A model generated the notes under the pieces. The model saw nothing but the letters and a program-made list of their open reading frames with translations. It was not told where the DNA came from and did not search any database. Both the position numbers and the translations under genes were made by a program. A stretch of DNA of 20,000 nucleotides from Emiliania huxleyi CCMP1516 (Eukaryota): assembly GCF_000372725.1 (NCBI RefSeq), contig NW_005201113.1, forward strand, positions 169,178 to 189,177, written 5' to 3'. Below, one piece after another: positions 14,578 through 20,000 of the stretch (within the stretch, counting starts at the first letter, position 1; each line of letters opens with the position of its first letter).

Positions 14578-15579
14578 CTACGCCTCATCGTCCCCGCCAG
14601 ACTTGAACAACCAGCTGCGATAATCGTCGTGCGTGGGCGCGGGGCACCAGATACTGAAGGTCAGCGTGCAGACGAAGGCGCGCGGCATGATGACAATGTA
14701 GACGTCATAGAAGAGGTCAAGCGTCGGGATCACCACCGGCTTGAAAAAAAGCTCGATGTAGATCGGCTCGTGACATAGTCGGAGAATTTCTCCTGCGGCA
14801 CCGCTAGCACGTCGTGCCTGTGGCCTCGGCAACACTCAAAGCAGGGCTCGCGTAGGCCGCTGGTCCAGTCGCAGCCCTTGTCGCTCATTTTGGCCTTGTA
14901 GAGGAAGGAGTTCTTCTGGTAACCCATCGACGCGCCGTCTGGAAGTAGAGCGCCGTTTTCGCAATACACGTCGTCCCACTGCCTGTTCTTTTTGTCGCAG
15001 GTGGTAGTGTAGCCCCACAGCATCTCGGTGAGCAGCGGGCCGGCTGCAGGCATGAGGGGGGAGCAGTGGATGTTAGAGAGAGCCGTGGGGGTCCTCTCCT
15101 CACTACAGCTTGGAAGTGTCTGTGTCACCCGGCTGGCCGTGCGATTCCGGTGCCTCCACAACCTCGTTGTACCCTTCGTGGCTCCAGACGAGCTTCCCGC
15201 CCCGCTCCTGCGGCCGAGCGGGAGTCAACGGCGCGCGGAGGGTGCGAATGTGATTCTATTGGGGGCCAGGGGGCCTGAGTTTGCAGATCGTGGGAGCCGT
15301 AGCGAGTGTGGTGAGGTGCAGGTCAGACGTGTGCACGTTCCACGCCCAGATCGTGCCACCGGCGAGCGAGCTGCAAGTTCGCGTGCTATAGTGTGTAGTG
15401 GCTAGCAGAATCACCTCAAAAGCAACCCCAAAGCTATCCAGCTTCGGAGCTGGCGGAGGCCCAGCAGGGCCAACAGCGACGGCAACGGCAACGTGCAAGG
15501 CGAGGACGCCTGCGCAGCACACGAAAGCAATCCGCGCGCGGCGGCGGCGTGGCGGCGGCTCGGCGAGCGGTTCGATCAT
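14578..15579 (-). CDS. Hypothetical multi-exon protein with N-terminal signal anchor (type II membrane-like) and a Cys/Trp-containing domain; model tentative
   Basis: MIEPLAEPPPRRRRARIAFVCCAGVLALHVAVAVAVG has a basic stretch followed by a hydrophobic helix. Plausible exons are 15415-15579, 15129-15207 and from 15043 downward (AGPLLTEMLWGYTTTCDKKNRQWDDVYCENG...). The middle exon and 3' end (stop at 14730 or 14578) are unresolved. Confidence 0.5.
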
Positions 15580-15780
15580 CGCAGGGGGGGGGGGAAGCCG
15601 CCGGGGCAGGGGGCAACTGCGAGCCGCGCGGTGATTGCAGTTCGTCAACGACAACGAAGGAGCGGGCCGTTACAAAAGGGCGGGAAATAGGCAGTTTTCT
15701 TGAAATCGTCGAAGTATCTAGATACTAACGCACATCGCGTTGACCTTCGCTTCGCGCGGCATTTCAACCGGACGACGTTC
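15580..15780. promoter_or_regulatory. Short divergent intergenic region, candidate bidirectional promoter
   Basis: About 200 bp, partly less GC-rich, between head-to-head ATGs at 15579(-) and 15781(+). Positional inference only. Confidence 0.4.
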
Positions 15781-17412
15781 ATGCGCGGCTCCAGCGGCCC
15801 CAGCGACGATATCGGCGGGAGAGACGCAGATGGCGAGCTGCGGCTTGTCGCCAGTGCTGCCATCCCGAGAAGCGACCAGTCTGAGGCTGAGGAGGCCGGC
15901 GGTGGCAGCACCTCGCACGCTGCTGTCGGCAATGCACTCTACTGTTCCCTGACCAAGTCAGACACCGCGAGCCTGGTGGCCTTTGCCCAGCATCTTAGCG
16001 GCGGCGACGACGCGGCCTGTTCTGCAGGCAGTGATTTTACGGTCGCCGCTGTTCCGTCCACCCGTGACGCATTGGGCGTCACTTCGGCAACGACATCACC
16101 TGCAGCTGCAGCAGCAGAGCGCGCGGCAAAGGCGAGTCCGTTCCCGGCGCCTCACGGGTGGGCCGCCGTGCTTGCGATCGCGCTCAACAGCTCCTTCAAT
16201 GCGTTCCTGTGCATGAACTTCTCCGCGACGCAGGCTGCCTCTGCCGCCGCCCTCGGCATTGCAGAGGGTGAGGTCGCTAGCTTCTACTCCGTGTACCTCT
16301 TCTGCTGTCTGCTCTTCATGACGCCGGTAATGTGGCAAACGGAACGGCACGAGTCGTCCGCCCTCGGCTGCAGCGTCGCTGCGACCGCCGTCGCCGCGTG
16401 GACGCGGTGGTGGGCTCTCGCCGCGGAGAGCCGCAACAAGTTTGGCCTCTGCCTCCTCTCCCAGGCCCTCGTTGGCTTTGGCGCCGCAGCCATCTCAACG
16501 CTGCCCGGGCAGATATCGCACCAGCGGTTCCCAGCCAGCCAGTGGGCGCTAGCGACGAGCTTGATGCTCATGGCCAACTATTCAGGCTGGCTGTTTGGCG
16601 CCTCTGTCCCCGAGACGGCCGTCACCGAGGGCTCGGCCGAGGAGCTCTCTCGGCTCTTTCTGGTGCAGGCCCTCTACTCCCTCGTTGCGGTGTCGGCCTA
16701 CCTCCTCCTCTACCGCCCGCTAGCGGGCGAGGCAGCTCGCGCGGTGGCCGAGGAGAATCGCCGCAAGTCCCACTGCGGCGGCTTTGCGGATGTCTTGCGG
16801 GTGATGACCTCGACGCCGCAGTTTGTGCTGCAGCTGTGCTCCCACGGATGCTTCGGTGCGGTCGGATTTGTCGTCCCGAGCGCGGCGCTGTTCATCCTCG
16901 ACGACATCGGCGCCCCGCAACTGCTCGTGCGGGCGACCGGGCCCATCTTTATCGGCGCGGGCGTGCTGGGCGGCGTCGCCCTCGGCTACTACAGCACGGA
17001 CGCGCGCACCTTTCCCCGAACGCTGCGGGGGTGCTACGTGCTCGGCTCGGCCTCGCTGCTGCTCATGTGCGGGGCGACTTACTCGGGCCTGCTTGACCCG
17101 GCGGCGCGGAGCGCTGCGCTGCTCGTGCTGATGGCCGCCGCCGGCTTTGCGACCCTCGGCTTCACTGGCGTCCTCTTTGAGGACCTCGCCCGCTTCCCCG
17201 GCATCCCGCCCAGCTACATGCTTTGGGTCGGCTACGAGATCATGCTGGCCTTCTCGGTCGTGCTCAACATGCTCGCCTCCAACGCGCGCGGCTTCTGGAC
17301 CCTCGCGGCGACCGGACTCGTGGCGGCGCTGGCGTTTCTCGGCCTCTACCGGCAGGCGGGCGGAGGGGGAGGGGGCGGCGGCGGGGACAGGGACAGGGTG
17401 GACCTGCTCTGA
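15781..17412 (+). CDS. Major facilitator superfamily transporter, SLC49/FLVCR/DIRC2-like
   Basis: First ATG at 15781; intronless; about 12 hydrophobic helices. WAAVLAIALNSSFNAFLCMNFS and LLSQALVGFGAAAISTLPGQISHQRFPASQWALATSLMLMANYSGW match the SLC49-type N-terminal half as I recall it. MFS is firm; the subfamily is moderate. Confidence 0.85.
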   Translation: MRGSSGPSDDIGGRDADGELRLVASAAIPRSDQSEAEEAGGGSTSHAAVGNALYCSLTKSDTASLVAFAQHLSGGDDAACSAGSDFTVAAVPSTRDALGVTSATTSPAAAAAERAAKASPFPAPHGWAAVLAIALNSSFNAFLCMNFSATQAASAAALGIAEGEVASFYSVYLFCCLLFMTPVMWQTERHESSALGCSVAATAVAAWTRWWALAAESRNKFGLCLLSQALVGFGAAAISTLPGQISHQRFPASQWALATSLMLMANYSGWLFGASVPETAVTEGSAEELSRLFLVQALYSLVAVSAYLLLYRPLAGEAARAVAEENRRKSHCGGFADVLRVMTSTPQFVLQLCSHGCFGAVGFVVPSAALFILDDIGAPQLLVRATGPIFIGAGVLGGVALGYYSTDARTFPRTLRGCYVLGSASLLLMCGATYSGLLDPAARSAALLVLMAAAGFATLGFTGVLFEDLARFPGIPPSYMLWVGYEIMLAFSVVLNMLASNARGFWTLAATGLVAALAFLGLYRQAGGGGGGGGGDRDRVDLL

Positions 17413-17962
17413 TGACTCCTCGGTGTGGGCGCAGGGCGGCGGCGGCGCAGGCTCCGGCCTCCGCTGCGCGGTGAGCAGCGCTCGAGGGAGAGGTGAGAGC
17501 TGCACAGCTGGTTCGGGCAGCTCGCAGCGGCGCCAGCGGCTGTGTGCGGCTGGGTACCCGGCTGTGCCGGGCCGGGCCTGGGCGGGGCTGGGGCTGGGGA
17601 AGGTGGCTGGGGCTCGGGCGTCGGGGGGGCTCGCCCAGATAGCACGTACCTCTCGCGTACGGCTCTACCTCTCTCACAATTGAATATATCGCGGACGTAC
17701 GACGTAATACCACGTAACGTATATACGACTACGAGGTAGCAGGTGCCAGCGGTCGTGCAGGGGTACTAGCAAGGCGAACTCTATACTCTACGGTACGTGC
17801 CGGCGATAGCGATTTAGAGATAGGAGATAGCCGTACTTGGAGACGGAAGATGTACACAACAGGATACAACTCCATAGAGACGACTCGCTTCATGTGCACA
17901 AAACGTAGTCTAGGCGCGCGCTCCGCGGCTCCGCGCGTCGGCCAAAAGGCGATCACAGATGA

Positions 17963-18826
17963 TCACTCCTCGGCCTTCACGCCTGATGGCCCCGCATCGC
18001 CTTTCTTCTCCAGCGCGCGCAGGGCCGCCTCGAGCGTCGCCTCGGCCGCCTCGCGTTTCGCCTCCGCCGCCTCGCGTTTCGCCTCCGCCGCCTGCTCCGC
18101 GGCCGCCGCCGCAGTGTACGCGGCGAAGGCCTTGTCGAGGGCGCTGAGCGGCGGGTGCTCCTTCTCCGCTTGCTCGCGCGCGGCCTCTCGCTGGCGCTCA
18201 AGCTCTGCGCCGCCGATCTTCTTGGCTAGGAAGTCCCGAAAAGGCTCCTCCATCAGCTCGTGCGCCCGCGCGTCCACCTCCGACGCGCACAGCGACCGCC
18301 CCTTGGCCACGCGCGTCTCGACGTCGTCGGCGCGGCTCCGCTTGCGCGGCGTCTCCACCGTGCCCTCCGTGAGGTCGATGGCGCGCTTGCGGCCCTCGGC
18401 GTCCTTTTGGTCGCGCGTCCGCTCGCCCACCACGGACACCTCGTCGGCGGGCGGCACGTGCCGGAGGAGCCGTAGGCCGGGCGCGTCAAGCCAGGAATTC
18501 CCCACGGGCACCAAGCCAGGAATTCCCATCTGCCAAGTGCCGGTCGCGTCCTCGAGCCGCTTCTTGTCCGATGAGAGCTTGATGCAGCCCTGTGCTTGTC
18601 CCTTCTCGTGCGCCAAGCCAACATACCATCGGCCAATCGCATGCCACAGCATGTACCTCTCGCCGCTGGCCTTGACGTAGGACGGCGCGCCATTGACAAG
18701 CTCCGAGCGCCTGTTGTATACGCCGAGGATCAGCCTTTCGTTTGCTTGACGCCGAATTTCTTCTCCCTTTAGGCGCGGCGTTTTCCTGGGCAGCTCGCCC
18801 ACGAGCGCGATCGTCTCATCGCTCAT
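17963..18826 (-). CDS. Hypothetical protein: N-terminal aromatic-rich beta-type domain, SIM-like/basic linker, C-terminal Ala/Glu coiled coil
   Basis: ATG-started 287-aa intronless ORF with protein-like sequence: LGVYNRRSELVNGAPSYVK..YMLWH..GRWYVG..TGTWQM..SWLDAPGL, then DEVSVVGERT..RKRAIDLT..RKRSR and AEAKREA repeats. Confidence 0.78.
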   Translation of the reverse strand: MSDETIALVGELPRKTPRLKGEEIRRQANERLILGVYNRRSELVNGAPSYVKASGERYMLWHAIGRWYVGLAHEKGQAQGCIKLSSDKKRLEDATGTWQMGIPGLVPVGNSWLDAPGLRLLRHVPPADEVSVVGERTRDQKDAEGRKRAIDLTEGTVETPRKRSRADDVETRVAKGRSLCASEVDARAHELMEEPFRDFLAKKIGGAELERQREAAREQAEKEHPPLSALDKAFAAYTAAAAAEQAAEAKREAAEAKREAAEATLEAALRALEKKGDAGPSGVKAEE

Positions 18827-19039
18827 CCTGTGAGGACCAAAACGAAATTCTTTTCCGATTGGCGTTTTCCTTGTCCTTAATTTCTTCTGAGGCGATTCCA
18901 GTCTAGTCCTCGGAGCCTAAGTGCCTCGCCGTCCTCCTCTGGGCCGGCGGATTCTTTTTCTGACTTGGGCGAACGACGTGGGCGATCCTCCGCCTTCTAC
19001 TTCAGACAAGTCTCTTTCCTGTCCTCTCGGACCCAGTGT
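18827..19039. promoter_or_regulatory. Short T-rich divergent intergenic region, candidate bidirectional promoter
   Basis: About 210 bp between ATG 18826(-) and ATG 19040(+), less GC-rich than the flanks. Positional inference only. Confidence 0.4.
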
Positions 19040-19346
19040 ATGGGTGCGCGCCGCCTTTTCGCCCGACCGGCAGCGCCGCCTCGGTCCGGCCTCACCGCGC
19101 TCCCGCCCCGCGCGCCACCACCGCAGGCGGTTATGTTCCTCCTCATCTGCGGAACCAACAGGGTTCCGCACCAGGCGCCGGGCGGCCCGAGCCTGCACAC
19201 GGCCCGGCCCTCTGCTCTCCCATCGGGCCCGGCCCGGGCGCCTGCCGAGCGCCGCCTGCGCCACACTCGCTTACGCCACCACCGCGCCTGCTCCGCGCAC
19301 CCCTCCCTAGTCCTCTCACCACGGCGCTCGCTCTCCTCCGACTAGG

Positions 19347-19377
<31 letters not shown>

Positions 19378-20000
19378 GGCGGACGCAATCTCGAGGCGCT
19401 CATGAGCAACATGAGCGTCGGCGGCGGCGGCCGCCAAGACTACCGCGCGGACGACCGCGGCGGCTACGGCGACCGCGGCGGCGGCGGGTACGGCGACCGC
19501 GGCGGCGGCGGGTACGGCGACCGCGGCGGCGGCGGGTACGGAGACCGCGGCGGCGGCGGGTACGGCGACCGCGGCGGCGGCTACGGCGACCGCGGCGGTG
19601 ATCGTGGCGACCGCGGCGGCGGCTACGGTGGCGGTTCGCGTCGCGACCTCAGCGGCTTCTACGGCGGAGGCGGCAGCAGAATCGCAGCGGTGCAGAGGTA
19701 GGAGCGGGCGATTGCCGTGAAGCGTCTCGGAAGCTTCGCGTAGGCGGCGGCGGAGACCGGTGGTATGGGCTGGACGGCGGGGACAGCTTCGAGGCGCGGC
19801 GCTCCTCTCTTCCGCCCTCTCCCCCTCCTCTCCTCTCCTTCCCGCCGCGCTGATAAAGCTTCCGAAATCCTCCCCCCCCCCCCACTTTCCTTGCCCGCCG
19901 CGCACTTTTCTACCGCCGCTTCCTCCGCCGGCCGCAGCTCTCCCCCCCCCCAATACCTCCGCTGTCTTGTCCCACTGCTCTCCTCCCGCTCTCCTCCTAC
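19040..20000 (+). CDS. DDX3: 5' end of a DDX3/Ded1-family DEAD-box RNA helicase (N-terminal disordered region only); exons 19040-19043, 19127-19162 (or -19174), 19346-19697; intron from 19698 runs off the window
   Basis: Splicing ATGG|GTGCGC...CCGCAG|GCGGT gives MGGYVPPHLRNQQ; YVPPHLR is the conserved N-terminal motif of DDX3/Ded1. It is followed by RGG/YG repeats. There is an AG|GTAGGA donor at 19698 and a polypyrimidine tract at the window end. The helicase core is not visible, so identity rests on the motif and composition. Confidence 0.68.
19465..19630 (+). repeat. Coding 24-bp tandem repeat encoding YGDRGGGG (RGG box)
   Basis: TACGGCGACCGCGGCGGCGGCGGG units with shorter variants at the end. 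Confidence 0.92.

Noticed and set aside
18960..19043. CTG-initiated LTWANDV peptide resembling the SWAD start of some DDX3 homologs
   Set aside because: Out of phase with YVPPHLR at the obvious donor (19044), whereas ATG 19040 gives a clean in-phase start; it would need both a non-AUG start and an unsupported GC donor.
1..20000. tRNA, rRNA or other structured RNA genes; prokaryotic operon or defence island
   Set aside because: No cloverleaf or rRNA-like sequence recognised by eye (a covariance-model search would be needed to exclude them); spliceosomal introns and gene content indicate a eukaryotic nuclear locus.

Overview
Eukaryotic, very GC-rich genomic DNA with short spliceosomal introns, many with GC-AG ends and filled with 10-bp tandem repeats. 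The style suggests a haptophyte such as Emiliania/Gephyrocapsa huxleyi (inference, not verified). Genes in order: (1) 3' part of a protein with a Dicer-dimerisation (DUF283)-like domain and one dsRNA-binding domain, stopping without PAZ/RNase III; (2) an intronless octotricopeptide-repeat (38-aa) + RAP-domain protein; (3) a multi-exon membrane protein with a C-terminal C3HC4 RING; (4) an intronless SLX1/UPF0213-type GIY-YIG nuclease with Cys clusters and an acidic tail; (5) a nucleotide-sugar transporter; (6) a hypothetical membrane-anchored protein; (7) an SLC49/FLVCR-like MFS transporter; (8) a hypothetical coiled-coil protein; (9) the 5' end of a DDX3/Ded1-like helicase. Non-coding highlights: an 871-bp non-autonomous TIR element with an 8-bp TSD whose empty site is also present in the window, and a second TIR-bounded candidate. 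The RING gene carries several introns bounded by 11-32-bp direct repeats, two mutually homologous (introner-like) introns and one apparently stacked double intron. All family assignments are by-eye motif recognition; no searches were run.
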